Origin: Eledone cirrhosa
Taxonomy: Eukaryota
Reading direction: 5' to 3'
Length of the DNA: 64,000 nt
Assembly: GCA_964016885.1 (NCBI GenBank)
Contig: OZ024741.1
Coordinates: 238,328,001 to 238,392,000, forward strand
Shown here: one piece after another, positions 36,090-51,350 of the stretch
Numbering within the stretch: the stretch's first letter is position 1
How the letters are laid out: each line of letters begins with the position of its first letter
Notes under the pieces: generated by a model
What the model was told of the DNA's origin: nothing
Databases searched by the model: none
What the model saw: only the letters and a program-made list of their open reading frames with translations
Position numbers and translations under genes: made by a program

Positions 36090-38471
36090 CTGAGGAACTG
36101 GTGGTAATCTTCTGGGTGTTGTTGAGAATTTCCATTCATTGGTTAACTGTTCCATCTCTGGATAATATGAACTTTTAGGGTTTATTGACTGAAGATTTCT
36201 AGCAAATATATCGTCTGCATTTCTGGTTATTGCAACAGGATTGTTGGTATGATACAGTATTTGTCTCATCTCAGTCGGAGATAGGAATTTTGGATTATCT
36301 GTTGTTGTAGGTGAGTTATTGGTGTGATTAATACATCTGAAAACACACAGTGTTATTGACACTACAATAGCCACAGATATTATTACAGCTGCTGCTACAA
36401 TGATAATTATCCAAGTCATATTGAGATTGTTACCAGTCTGTAAGTGGACAGCAGTTAACATTGGAGATGTATCATTACTAACAAACAGTGTTAGTATGAT
36501 AGCAGTTGTTACTGATTGAACTGGAGTACCACCATCTTTCACTATAAACTGTAGGTCATATGTTCCTGCATCATTTTGGTAAACTGTCCGAGAGAAAGAT
36601 AAGACACCAGTATGAGAGTTGACTGTAAACAGGTTTTTATCATTAGATCTCAGTATTCCATATGTGAGGAAAGCATTGTTTCCAGTGTCTTTGTCAGAGG
36701 CTTTCAGAATTGTGATGTCTTTCTTACTGTGTGGATCATAGTGGACATCTAGATTGTAAGGGTCATTAATAGGAAAGGTAAAATAGGGAGCATTATCATT
36801 TTTATCTAGAATCTCAATAAGAATATTGGCAGTGTTATTCAGAGAAGGTGTTCCATTATCTTTGACTAAAATTTGGAAGTTATAGATGTCTTTCACTTCC
36901 CGATCTATTGATTGTGATGTAGAAATAAATCCATATTTTGTAAGTTGGAAAGGAATGTTATCATTGTTGTTATCATTGATGATAGAATATATAAGTAGAC
37001 CTCCATCTCCAAGATCAGGGTCTGTAGCATTGATGAAGCCAATAGGGAAGTCAACTTTCTGGTTTTCATAGGTGAGGAATTGGAATGTATCTTTGGTAAA
37101 ATGTGGCTGTACATCATTGACATCAGTTACTTTGACAGAGAATTGTTTCTTAGTCTTTAACTGAGGTGATCCCATGTCATGACATACAATAGATACAACA
37201 TAGTGGTCTATAATTTCTCTATCAAGAGGTTCTTTCACCAATATTTTATATTCCTTGGAATCCATATTAGAAAGTTGAAACTTTTTATGGTAAATATTAC
37301 ATTTAATTTGTCCATTAGGTCCACTATCAGTATCAATGACCATAACATAAGCTATAAAACTTCCAATTTTACTTGCTTCTGAAATAGCTGTAGAGGTCTC
37401 CGTTAAAGGTGCAACAAAATCTATATTTATAGTAGGGGCATTATTTTGATTGCTTATTACATTAATAATTAACATTGCTGTAGAACTTAATGAAGGAATA
37501 CCACCATCTCTGGCTTCAATATATAATTTATTTTGTTGCATATTTTTGTAAAAGTTCTCCTTTAGGAAAATCTCTCCATTTGACTTTAGTTTGAATCTTT
37601 TTCTCACATAAGAATTTGTTTTTTGGTAAAAGTTATAGGCAATATCTCCATTTTGACCAGAATCTTTGTCTGTAGCTGATAAAACAAATACAGGAGAAGA
37701 TAGGTGATGTGTATCACTGATGGTGATATTGTATGTTTGTTGAGAAAATTTTGGTTGATTATCATTGACATCTGTAACAGATATTTCTATGTTAAGAATT
37801 CCTTGTTTTGGTGGTGAACCTCCATCTTTAGCCACCAACTGTAACATATAAGTGTCCTTTTCTTCTCTGTCTAACACTCCTGCTAAGGCTATTTTAAGTA
37901 GATTTCTTCCATCAAATCCTTTAAACATAGACAGTGAGAATTTCTTACTTTTATCTTTGAGTTTATATGTGATGTTAGAATTGAAAACACCAATGTCTTT
38001 ATCAACAGCATTTGGTATTGACACTGTCGAACCTTTTCCATCTCTTTCACTAAACTCTATTTTTATTTGATCTTTTGGAAACTCTGGCTGGTGGTTATTA
38101 ATATCTTCTATAACTATTCTTATTTTCAATATCTTTAGAAATGTTTCTTCTTTCCTCACTGCTACTTTAACAATTCTGAAACATTCTTTCTTGTAAGTAC
38201 AAAGTGTTTCAGCATCCAGTGTTTGTGTAGTGTATAGTTTTCCTGTGTTGGTGACATTGAATAAATGAGAACCACTTGACACTGTCCTTTGTAGTTGTGT
38301 AAATGTAATGTGTTGTTGTGTAAGAGAGTGTGTTAAGTTAGAATCAACAGCAATGTCTCCTATATATGTGTGAGGACTGTCTTCTTCATTGACATGGTAA
38401 GTAATATCCATGGACACAACAGGTGACAGCATTGTATATACAAGACACAGTAGTGGGATATTCCTTGTCAT
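36090..38471 (-). CDS. PCDH: Protocadherin B, large coding exon (794 codons)
   Basis: ORF 36084..38471 has the same domain layout. Donor CAG|GTATAA. Acceptor TTTCAG| puts the exon start at 38508. Confidence 0.95.
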
Positions 38472-41278
38472 TGCTGTAATCTTAATGAGTTTTAAAAATT
38501 GTTAATATCTGAAATTTAATAGAATATTCATTTTTGAATAGCATAAAATTAGCAGTGCACTCTTGAAACAAAATATCTACATTTCAAAGTCTCACATTTT
38601 GAGACCTTTTTACATTCTCATAAAATTTCTCAAAATCTACTCATTTGTTTAATGTATAATGGATTAATTTGTAGATAAGTGACAATTGGAATGTTTCCCT
38701 TCACCTTAATTGATGGATGGAAACATTTTGGTAAGAATTAGTTTTAATGTGCAGTTTGAATTTATAAAGGCCATTTATTGAGTAGAAAATACAGGAAGTT
38801 ATTTACTTATAGTAAGGATGAAAGAATGATCAGTGTGATTTGTGTAGTATCTGGATGTGATCCACTGGAGATTGAGAATAGGAGCTATATGTAAGACATG
38901 TTTATAGAATTTGCAAGTTCAGTATATGAAGGCATATTTAATGTTTATAAATTATAAAAGGCTTATGGCCTGGAATTATATTTAATGTTTAGAGTATGCA
39001 CCACATGCTTGATGTATGTGTTTTAAATTGTGCATATATATTTTAGGTACATTTAGATGTTATAAACATTAAGAATGAATGCTGTATGGCATTCCATAAA
39101 ATATTCTATGGTAGTGGCAGAAGAAAGAGTGAGGATGTGGCAATTAGTTTGAGTTTTGGTGAGTTCTGGATTGTTTTTGAGGCAGATAGCCATTTTCAGG
39201 ATGCTATCTATAATACGAATCTTTGGTGAGACCACTATCACAAATCATTTGATCAGTGCAATCAAAGACATAGCAGAACCTCTTGTACTTAAAGTTACTG
39301 TAATTCACCCTCTATTATCCTGAGCATTATTGCCAGCAGATACTTCTCATCCCAGAGCTATTTGCAAAAGATAAGTGAAGCCGCTGAGATTCTTAATGTT
39401 TCTCATTAAAAAATTTAGTTAATGAAATGTTTTTTCATTCTTTTGAGCATATGTATTTTCAGTATTGACTGAATAAAGTAATACATGAAGGTGAATTTGT
39501 TTAAATTATTAACTTTTCACAAAATTCTGCCATCAGAGCTTTCACTCAATTTATTGCTATTTTTACCTGAATGAAAGAAATAATTTACTTAAAATAAGTT
39601 ATGTCATTCCTGTAAATCTAGTTCAATAATGTTATATTATATTCTAGATGAAAGAAGGCAGGAAATGGTGAAATGTTGACTAAATGTAATACAATAAAGA
39701 CGATTTAAGGAGATTCATTTTTATTCCCTTATATTTAAATCTCCTCTGTGTGTGTAAGCTGTTAAAGAACTTGAACAAAAGTGGATGGCCTATGCTGAAG
39801 TGAAGTGAGGAGCTAAATGGGGGATGTTAATTTACTTCCAGAATGGACTCCCAAAGAGACTCTTACCTGTGAGGGATGAGGACGTGTATGATTGTCAAAA
39901 GCTGGGCTACTAAGCCACAGAAGACATTATATTCATGGAAATGACATCTTTGAATACCCTATATACTTTGGTTTTGCATGTAGCATCTATCTATACTGAA
40001 GTGTGTTGCTCTGCAGGATGGCTAAGATGTCACTGCAAAGCATGCCATGCCAGTGAAACTCAAGTAGACAGGAAACTTAATTCCACACTGTATGGAATGA
40101 CATGTAAGTTAGTTTCACGTTTGATGAGCTATCTAAGTTGGCATCAGCAACAGCACATTTTTGTCAATGTCTGTTTTTTCTAAGATATGGTTGTACATGG
40201 ACACAAGTTGGATTCCACTAAGTATGCATATCAATGAACTCATGGAAACACATATAGAACAATAGATATATTAAGCAATTTTAACAATCTCTTAATGACT
40301 TCATGGCTCTCTCCTGTTGTCATTTTACATTTGTCATAATAAAATCAAACTTAATGTATTGATTAAGGAAGGATTTGGATCTAGACTCTGGAGATAAAGG
40401 TGATTTTACTGATATTATTAATATATACAAAGATACCTATTTTCTTATACTGAATTTATAATGAAATAGAAGCACTTGATGAAAAGGTATTAATAAGCTG
40501 CAAAATGTTCCTATAATTATATTTTTTTGTAAATATATGTATATTGGAATATATATGTGTGTGTTCATCTACACACGCATATTGACACACATCATAATTC
40601 ATCAAAACATGAGGTGAAAATATTTAAAATGAAATAAAGAGTTATCTAAGTAATAGACATGGAACAGTTTTGAAAAACCAAGATTACTCCTGGCAAAATA
40701 TATATGATAAAGACTTTTGTGAATGATAATTAATGTATGGATGCATCTAGTTATGAGATTTTCTATTTGTATAATTATATAACAGATTCGACTCAGATGT
40801 TAGATTATTAAAAGATATTTGTATTTTCTTTTATTTTGATAACTAATCATTTGGGTTATTCAAAATGGATTTCTAAAGCAAATAAAACAATTACCCATAA
40901 AATGGTAATTTTGTTCATTCTCTAAAATTTTCACATTAAAGAAAAAGATGTTTAAATCATCATTATGATTATAGCTGTTATTAGAAATAATATTGTGCAA
41001 CATTAGTTTTGTAATTTGTTTTTTTCTAATATTAATTTGCAAGCATGTGTATGTGTGTGTGATATTTCTTGATTACCATAAGTTGTTTCCATAATTGAAA
41101 GATTTGTTCTAGAATTAAAAGAATTATACACACACAAATACACACATGGACACATATATTATATAGAAAGAGGAAGCCATTATTTGAAACAAATCCTATA
41201 TTACTAGTGATCAAACATTGTTTTCTGTTTAAACTACATCATTTCATGCCATAGCAATATATAAAACATTATATATTC

Positions 41279-41313
<35 letters not shown>

Positions 41314-41497
41314 TTGTTTAATTAATGACTGTATTGTAATTATTCTGCAACAGAAATATGTCGTCTCTTGACTGTTGTTTTCAGTAATGGTGAAAATTAT
41401 TGCTACAGCTCTCTATCATTACCTTTTGTCTAGAATATCATTTGTTGTCTACTAAAATATCATTAAATAAGAAAAGACAAAACAGAGAGAGATTTAC

Positions 41498-41640
41498 CTT
41501 CATTGTTTAATACATTGTTTCCATGGTATGTCACTAGAGACATGAATATTGGTGTAGTGTTCCAGTGTAGCTGCTGCTGTAGTAGTCCAGTTAACGCTGT
41601 GTGTTGATGGACTGCAGTTGTGAGTCAGATGATAGGAAGT
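41498..41640 (-). promoter_or_regulatory. Non-coding first exon/promoter of protocadherin B
   Basis: Donor AAG|GTAAAT; GTAGTGTTCCAGTGTAGCTGCTGCTGTAGTAGT; TGAGTCA at 41621-41627. Confidence 0.7.
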
Positions 41641-42786
41641 AGGAACCTTAGATAGAGATTCAGCTTGTATGCATCTAGTTGGGTGTATGAATGTGTAGTT
41701 GTATGTTTTTTTGTACAAATGTATTTATTACTCTACATTGCATCTAAGAAAGTAAATTCTAAAATTGAAAAAATATTTTAATTCTAATAAGGGAACCTAT
41801 TTAATAGTAAATGTTATGAAATTATAATAAAATTATGAATTGCATTATTCACAATTAATATTTTACTATAAGGAATATAATGGATAAAAAAAAATGATTA
41901 GAACTTCAGACAAGATAGCTTGCCTCTTTAATTATGGCCCTTTATTTTCTCAGCTCAAATCCTGTCAACTTTGTGTTTTGTCATAATGAGGATTGAAAAA
42001 TAAGTATTTGTAATCTACTGAAGATGATTTAATTGTATATATCACTCTCCTAAATTTGTTAGAAATTAATACTTTATAATTAGGATAGTTTTATTTTCAT
42101 ATTGAAGATTAGTAAAAAAAAATAATTGTCATAAAGTAATAATTTTAAATGATTTTAATTTACCAAGTTTTTAGATATTGCTGGAAAAACATTGGGTTAT
42201 ACTTTGTATTGAGAGAGAGAGAGATGGGTGGAACATGTGAAAGTAAAAAGATTTTTTTGTGTTGCTTAATGTACTATGACTAACACTGTTTTCTTTCCTA
42301 TTTTGATGTTATTATTGTTTCCAATAAAATTCTAATCTGAGGTTTTAGCTTTTCTCTATTAAATGATTCTAGACGTATGTTCTTGTAATGAAATTGGTAA
42401 TAAATATGAAAGGCATATATATATATATAACTTCCATTTTATAATTTCTGAAAACTATAGAAATAGCCTAACAATAAATATATATGTAATAATGGTTTCT
42501 GATTTAGGCACAAGGTCAACAATTTTGGAGGAGGGGAAAGTCAAATAATAATTTTATTGTAAGGATGAAAGGCAAAGCTAGCCTTGACGGGATTTGAACT
42601 CAGAACATAAACGACCATAACTATATGCCTTACATCATGCTGTCCGACTCTCTAATAATATTGCCAATAAACTGCCCTAAAAATATATGTAATAATAATT
42701 ATCAATAAATTTAAATATTATCAGTGAACTATCATGTTATTTGTTGGCTTGTTCTGTGAATTATGAAGTAAATATGATGTATATTG

Positions 42787-42866
42787 TTATACAGGTTCTA
42801 GATAGGTTTCTTGTTCTTGTCCACTCTTCACTGTTGGAGGTATGTTTGGTCGATAGTTGCCATATT
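42787..42866 (-). CDS. PCDH: Protocadherin C, last coding exon (EYGNYRPNIPPTVKSGQEQETYLEPV*); spliced protein 879 aa
   Basis: TTTTACAG|AA acceptor; TAA at 42787-42789. Confidence 0.88.
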
Positions 42867-43216
42867 CTGTAAAATATATAAATATTAAAATGATATAGTT
42901 TTATTTTTCTGTTTTATTAGGGAGGGAAGAGGAGTGCCCACAAGCATTTTTAAGGTTCTCTGATATTGATTAAAAGGAGAGAAGTTATCCTCAAACCAGA
43001 GACCTGATTTGAATGTTTGCAAAAATGTGGACTTTGCTAAATGTGCCCAAGGGCCAAGTAGGGATATTAAGCTGGGTAGGAGATTAAGTACCAATTTGAG
43101 ACAGAAAAAGAGAAACAGACCAATTGATGAGGCTTGTTTGACATATTTAATGTTAGTTTCTATTCTAAATTAATTCAATATTTTTGTAAAATGTTTTATG
43201 CTTTGTGGAAAATATA

Positions 43217-43400
43217 ATAATTGTTTCTACTTTAGGCACAAGGCCAGCAATTACCCAGTGCATTACTGGTACTTTATATTATTGACCCCGTAAGGATGAA
43301 AGGCAAAGTCAACCTCGGCAGGATTTGAACTCAGATCGTAAAGGGACGTAACTATGCTGGAAAGCATGGCGTCCGACCCTCTACCGATACTGCCAATCCA
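43217..43400 (-). mobile_element. tRNA-derived SINE, second family, in the last intron of gene C
   Basis: Matches 12913-13099. Confidence 0.85.
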
Positions 43401-43535
43401 TATAATAATATTGTGCATTACATGTTGAAAAACTATTATATTTATAATAATGAATATATTTTATTTTCATTCAGTTCAGATTAATATTATTTTTTTATAA
43501 CTTCCATTAGAATATCTTGATTATTCTGTAATTAC

Positions 43536-43695
43536 CTGATGTTCCATATGTCTGATGTGTAATATCTCCTTCACTCCATCCACTGTTACGTTCTTTCTGA
43601 GAAGGTAAAGTATTATTCAAGTTGTTTGATGCCATAGTATTATCATTATAACATTTTTGTTCAGTTGAATTCTCTGACACATCTTTATTGTAATG
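43536..43695 (-). CDS. PCDH: Protocadherin C, cytoplasmic exon 2 (160 nt, HYNKDVSENS...RNSGWSEGDITHQTYGTS)
   Basis: CTGACAG|CAT acceptor and CAG|GTAATT donor; translated by hand with no stops. Confidence 0.88.
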
Positions 43696-46600
43696 CTGTC
43701 AGAAAAAGATAAAAAGAAAAATTAAAGTTTAACGTGCTAATTATATACAATTGATGTATTACATATGCAATGGAATAGTGAAACAAACAATATTGGAATG
43801 ACAGTTCAATGTTAGCTGAATGACTATCTCTCTTTATATATATATATAGTAACATAGGTTTTACCATCCTAGTATTCTTTGAATATGAGAATATATTTGA
43901 ATAAAATATTGGACCAATTATTTTATGGCTTGGTGACTTTTCTAATATCCCTTATAACAAGGTAAAATAGAATAGTATTTTTTTCTTCTTATGTTCATTG
44001 TTGTTTCTAAAAAGCAACAACTGTGCTGATAATCAACTATTATAATATGGTTTCTATATTTATAACTCTTAAAATTTACATACACAAACACACTTTTAGC
44101 AGAAAAATAATATTTTATGTATGTTTTTATTAAAGATAAATCTAAGAAGTTTGGTTGCAAGTCCTGTAGCCACGAAAGAAGTGCATCTGTTGCTGTAGTG
44201 ATAAGAACTCTGGGAAAGGATTTTCCATATCACATTCAAAGGCAATGGCTGTGGTAAAAGTATCATAAAATCTTATGACTTTTTACATGTTTTATTTACA
44301 AACCGATTACAAAAGTTGAGTTGACATTCCATTTAAAAAGGAACAAACAAATTAAGAGTTAAGAAGTAAAGAAAGGCACTGTGCCTGGCTGAATGAGGCT
44401 GAAGTGAAACTTTACTGTTACATGATGGCAAATGTTGACTTCTCGGAGTCCAAGGCAGCAACTGTTTAGTGTAAACAAAAGAAGTGGGAAAATCTTTGTT
44501 TGGGCGGAAATTGATATATATCCATATGCGGCTCACGATTGATCTAACATAACCAAATCATGCAAGTAGCTCCGCTATACACTCATAGACACAATGCATT
44601 TCGTGTCAAAATGTCTTGGATTCTAATGCTACATTTTCCCCAGTAAATAGTTATTTTGACTAGGTTATGCATACATTTAATCCTGTATGGCATTTGTACA
44701 TATATGTTGAACATTTATATAATCATATCCTAGAAATAAATGATTAAAATATCATTCTTATCTTATCATTTCCACATGTCAGTAACAAAATACACCAGAG
44801 CGTTTCTTTCATACAAACCATTAATCTATCAAAACACAATTTTCCTTGTTTGTATGATTGTTCATATATCTGGTATTCCTAGTATATGTGGCATACCAAC
44901 CCAGGCTCCAAAAATTAAATATGTTTGATGCTATTGCTGCCACCATTGATGGTGAGAGCTCAATAGTACATCGGAATTATTTCATGAGAGAAGACTAAAC
45001 ACAATGAGTAAAATAAATGTGTAATGTGATGTGTAACATGAAATTTGCTGTTAGCATATATCAGTAAAATGGGATGAAATCTTCAGTCCTAATAATGAAA
45101 AAAATTCATTTGCTGTTTATTATGGAATTCAAAGATAGGAAGTATATGGGTATGATAAACTAGGAGGTGAATATAAAGAATGGATTTGAACAGAAGTAGA
45201 GTGATGGTGGAATAGATGGAAGATTAAATAGCAGTGCAATTTAGATGAGATTGAATGTTTTCAATTAGTAAACTTTTCTTAATTTCATGGAAAGATTTTA
45301 TTTCTGTGTTAAATTTTGATTTGTAGTAAAGAAAGGTTGTGCACTTCTCTGACTATGGGAATTGAAACTAGTAGCAGTGCATTTTGGATTTTGTAGAGCA
45401 GTAGCTCAGGACTAAAGTGTTTGATGTCCCCAAAACATTTAGCCAAATCTTTGCTATGTTGTTAAGATTATCAAGTCCCTAGAAAAGGTTAACATTGAGT
45501 GAGTTTTAGCATGTGTACTGAAAGAGTTACATTATGTTGGAAGATTTTGTTTGGAGTTATGAAGTTCTTTCAAATAATTGTTATAGTCTGAGGATACATT
45601 GGTTGGTGCTTGAAGGAAACAGTTAAGTTGATGACAAAATATGACAAAGAAGTGCCACTGATATTAAGATTGAAAACATTTGATTTTAATGGTGTAAGCA
45701 ATTATATGTCTATCTCAATGGAATAAAGATGAATGATGAGGGTTGATGTTATTTTTTCTTTTCTTTTCATCAAGAAGCATGACACTTTGAATCCTCCTCT
45801 TGAAAAATTACTTAATCAATTTTGGCATTTAAAACTTCTATACTACAGTTACTTTTCTCCCTTTTTTTTTGTTTTTGTTAACTTTCACTCAAGTAAATGT
45901 GATTAGATAAATACAGACGTGCTTCATTTTCTGCCCGTGGTGAGTGCAAGTGAATAGGTATACATACATGACACTTCCCCATAAAGCTCGATATTTCATC
46001 TGCTTAACCATTGTTATTTCATATTGATAGTATATTAAGAATAGAGATTACCTCTAAAAATATTTGGAGCAACCGCCATAAACAATCTGACAAAGATATT
46101 TGCTACAACTTCAGAATTGTAGTGGTCCAAACTTATTTTGTGGTAAAAATTGCTTCTAAATAAAATACCTTTCTTTGTATAATTAACTTAGCTTCACATT
46201 TGTAATACTGTACAAAATAATACCTATTTATATATCTGTATAATCAAGAAATGTACAGAATCACAACAAATTATTCTTGCTTAAATTGCTGTTTTATCTG
46301 TACTTCATGCTACCTTTAAAGATTATTACCCTGATTATATATTGGATGATTATTCACTAGAAACATGTTCACTTACAATTTTTCAGACTTAAACCACCAA
46401 ACTCTTATATTGTTGCAATCACTCTTTTATTATTAAAATGATAGTCACAGTGAATCTGGAACTTTTGTATGTGCTCTGTTTCAACTCACATATAACAATT
46501 GCAGTTATCTTTTTGCTTTCCAAAATAGAAGTGATGTTTGTTTTTATGGAATCTCAACAAATCACTGCACCAAACCTGCCAATCCAGCTATTGTCTCACT

Positions 46601-46895
46601 GTTTAATCCTAAGTATTTCATCCAAGGAATCCAAGTGTCCATGGTTATGTTAATTATAGTACTTCAATCTGTCCATACTGAGAAGTACCACTACAAAATA
46701 TTTTCGATATTTGTTCATATCCATCATATATACATTTAGAATAAAAAACATTTTTTAAACTTCAAATCAATGTAATGGTCCCCTGGTAGATATTTAGTTT
46801 CATATGATATTAAGTTCAATTATATCAATTCTAATGATTTACTATTTTATAATGAATATATATATATTTAGTTGCTTATAGATGATGATACATAC

Positions 46896-49295
46896 CTGAG
46901 GAACTGGTGGTAATCTTCTCGGTGTTGTTGAGAATTTCCATTCATTGGTTAACTGTTCCATCTCTGGATAATATGGACTTTTAGGGCTTATTGACTGAAG
47001 ATTTCTAGCAAACATATCGTCTGCATTTCTGGTTATTGCAACAGGATTGTTGGTATGATACAGTATTTGTCTCATCTCAGTCGGAGATAGGAATTTTGGA
47101 TTATCTGTTGTTGTAGGTGAGTTATTGGTGTGATTAATACATCTGAAAACACACAGTGTTATTGACACTACAATAGCCACAGATATTATTACAGCTGCTG
47201 CTACAATGATAATTACCCAAGTCATATTGAGGTCGTTACCAGACTGTAAGTGGACAGCATTCAACATTGGAGATGTATCATTACTAACAAACAGTGTTAG
47301 TATGATAACAGTTGTTGCTGATTGAACTGGAGTGCCACCATCTTTCACTATAAACTGTAGGTCATATGTTCCTGCATCATTTTGGTAAACTGTCCGAGAG
47401 AAAGATAAGACACCAGTATGGGAGTTGACTGTAAACAGGTTTTTATCATTAGATCTCAGTATTCCATATGTGAGGAAAGCATTGTTTCCAGTGTCTTTGT
47501 CAGAGGCTTTCAGAATTGTGATGTCTTTCTTACTGTGTGGATCATAGTGGACATCTAGATTGTAAGGGTCATTAATAGGAAAGGTAAAATAGGGAGCATT
47601 ATCATTTTTATCTAGAATCTCAATAAGAATATTGGCAGTGTTATTCAGAGAAGGTGTTCCATTATCTTTGACTAAAATCTGGAATTTATAGATGTCTTTC
47701 ACTTCCCGATCTATTGATTGTGATGTAGAAATAAATCCATATTTTGTAAGTTGGAAAGGAATGTTATCATTGTTGTTATCATTGATGATAGAATATGTAA
47801 GTTGACCTCCATCTTCAAGATCAGGGTCTGTAGCATTGATGAAGCCAATAGGGAAGTCAACTTTCTGGTTTTCATAGGTGAGGAATTGGAATGTATCTTT
47901 GGTAAAATGTGGCTGTACATCATTAACATCAGTTACTTTGACAGAGAATTGTTTCTTAGTCTTTAACTGAGGTGATCCCATGTCATGACATACAATAGAT
48001 ACAACATAGTGATCTATAGTTTCTCTATCAAGAGGTTCTTTCACCAATATTTTATATTCTTTAGAACCCATATTAGAAAGTTGAAACATTTTATGGTGAA
48101 TATTACATTTAATTTGTCCATTAGGTCCACTATCAGTGTCAATGACCATAACATAAGCTATAAAACTCCCTATTACACTTGCTTCTGAAATAGCAGTAGA
48201 GGTTTCTGTTAAAGGAGACACAAAATCTATATTTATAGTAGGGGCATTATTTTGATTGCTAATTACATTAATATTTAATATTGCTGTGGAACTTAATGAA
48301 GGAATCCCCCCATCCCTGGCTTCAATGTATAATTGGTATTTACTTTCTATATTTCTGAAGAAGTTATCATTAATAAAAATTTCTCCAGTTTTGGAATTTA
48401 ATTTTAAATGTTTTCTAGCATATTTATTTGTATTTCTATGTAAATAGTAAGTAATATTTCCATTTTGACCAGAATCTAAATCTGTAGCTGATAAAACAAA
48501 CATGGGAGAAGATATGTGATGTGTATCACTGATGGTGATATTGTATATTTGTTGGGTAAAAGTAGGTCTGTTATCATTGACATCTATAACGGATATTTCT
48601 ATGTTTAGAATTCCTTCTTTTGGAGGTGAACCTCCATCTTTAGCCACCAACTCTAACATGTAAGTGTCTTTTAATTCTCTGTCTAACTTATTTTCAAGCA
48701 TTATTTCTAATATGTTTATTCCATCAGATTCTTTAAATATGGACAGTGAGAACTTTTTACTTTTATCTTTGAGTTTATATATGATGTTAGAATTGATAAC
48801 ACCAATGTCTTTATCAACAGCATTTGGTATTGATTTTGTTGATCCCTTTCCCTCCCTTTCACCAAACTGTATTTGTAATTGATTTCTTGGAAATTCTGGT
48901 TGGTGGTCGTTGATATCTTGTATAATTATTTCAATCTTTAATATCTTCAGAAATGTTTCTGACTTCCTCACAGCTACTTTAACAACTCTGGAACATTCCT
49001 TGTTATATGTACACAGTAACTCAGCATCCAGTGTCTGTGTAGTGTATAGTTTTCCTGTGTTGGTGATATTAAATAAGTGAGAACCACTTGACACTGTCCT
49101 TTGTAGTTGTGTAAATGTAATGAGAGTGTGTTGTTGATGTGTGAGAGAGTGTGTTAAGTTAGAATCAACAGCAATATCTCCTATATAGGTGTGAGGACTG
49201 TCTTCTTCATTGACATGGTAGGTAATATCTATGGACACAATGGAATACATCAATCCAAAGAGAAGGTAAAATTGTAAGGTGTTGATTATAATCAT
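46896..49295 (-). CDS. PCDH: Protocadherin C, large coding exon (800 codons)
   Basis: ORF 46842..49295. Donor CAG|GTATGT. Two candidate acceptors upstream of the ATG (exon start 49328 or 49334). Confidence 0.95.
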
Positions 49296-51211
49296 TGTTG
49301 TAATTCATTATTATTCATGAATATATATCTAAACCTATAAAGAAAGTAAAGCAAATTGATTTAATCACACAATCATTTGTAAATGTTTAAATTTATTCCT
49401 TCTTTAAACCTAGTATATCACATTTAAAACCTAAGCAATAATGCATTGGAGACTTCTCTAACATTCTCAAATAATGGGTTAATTCAATAAATCAAAAATT
49501 GTTAGATAAAATTTGGTGGGCTATCACCTTTGCTGACAACAAAGATTTTTTTGTCTGTGCCTAGGCCAGATTGTCCCATGTTTTTTGTATATATGTGTTT
49601 CTCTGTGGAGTGAGATGTAGGTCATGAATGTTGTTAAAGTGTATAAAAAAAATACTCTGCTTGTATGAATATGTGATGTCAGTTGTATAAAGAACAGCAG
49701 AGTTCTCAAAATGGATTGAACCTATTGAAGTGGGAGTCTACAGAAGAAATGTTTCAAAATGAAGACTGATCCGAAGATGTTGAAACAAACAAAGAAGTTG
49801 GCAAAGAACTGTGATTAATGGTATGGTGCTATGCCAGAATGAACCCATCCAACTCTTGCCAGCATGATAAAACACACAAGTATGATTGATGATAATAGTA
49901 ATAGTGATAAATATTGGGAAGCATAGTATTAACATTTAGCTTTTTTCCCAACTGTTATACTCATATTAAGTCTTATAGCACTCTTCCACTTTCTTCATTA
50001 GTGTCTCATCTATTTCTCACCCAATCTCCTATCAATGTATAAAATTATGAATGTTAAGGCAAAGGTGTATTGCTTACAGTGTTAAATTTAAATGTAATGC
50101 CATTTGTGTACTAAGGGATGGCATCACATTAGATCTACCTATATGTAATCCCAATTTGCCATCACCCCTTTTTATTGCTAGCCATCACTCTCTTTCTTCT
50201 CTCCCCGATCACTCACTATTGATTTCTATCAGTCCTATTATTAATTATTTTAGTATAGTCGAAATGTGATTATTTAATTTGAAAGATCAGTTTAAAATTT
50301 GGATGTTACATTACTGATGTATGCTAGAAATGAAACAAAATTCTTCAGTAAGCACCCCCTATAAAAGTATGAATGTTAAGACAAAGGTGTATTGCTTACA
50401 GTGTTAAATTTAAATTTAGCCATAGAATTTATGGAAAAGAACGACTGTGCATCCTCTAAGAAATTTGTTGAGAGCAGCATTAGCTCATGGAAAAAAGAAT
50501 GAAGCCCAACTGCAGAAAATTCCAAATGATAAGCAATCTATAAAGGGATGAGTTTTTGTAACAACATTGTATGTAAAATTACAAACAAATATATACAAGC
50601 TAAATCAAGATGGCGGGAATTACTTGGAGATGATGAAAAAGGTTTTGATGGTTTTTAAGTGATAAACTCATTTTGTGAAAAATGAATGTTTTTTAACCTA
50701 CCCTATGGATAATAATATATAACAGAGATTATCCTTACCTCTGGAAATTAATATATATTTATATTAGTGAAATTAATTAAAAAAATATGTACCTAAGGGT
50801 CAAAACCAACATTTAAAATCTGTTTAATGTGTAACTTAATGCTGAATGAAATTATATTATATTTATCTATGCAGATGATACAATATGTTTTGGTGAATGG
50901 ACAATATTTCCTGTTTAAACTGACATAGAAAAATATATTATGCTATGGAATATAACATTATATATCTAAATACAGTCAACTGAAATCAGTAATTGAATAA
51001 TGGTAGTTGTTAAAAATATCTTCCTTCTTAAACTGACTATATACACTACTGCAGTAACAATTGCCTATGGTAATGGCTAAATCTTTATAAGTATCTCTAT
51101 TTCTGACTCTATATGCATTATAATGAATGACACTTTAGCTATTATCTATTATCGTACTTCAATATCAAACATATAGTATCAAATATAAAATTGCAATGTA
51201 AAATGACTTAC

Positions 51212-51350
51212 CTACATTATTTAATCCTTTGTTTGTGTCTCTTACAGAAGACATTTATTCTGACGTAGTGTTCCAGTGTAACTGCTGCTGTAGTAGTGTG
51301 ACAATGGCAGTATCTTGATGATGTAGATTTGTGAGTCATAGTGGGAGCCA
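51212..51350 (-). promoter_or_regulatory. Non-coding first exon/promoter of protocadherin C
   Basis: Donor TAG|GTAAGT; GTAGTGTTCCAGTGTAACTGCTGCTGTAGTAGT; TGAGTCA at 51332-51338. Confidence 0.72.

Noticed and set aside
44700-46700. Possible very old LINE debris here and at 38.7-40.3 kb
   Set aside because: No motif could be read with enough confidence to call it.
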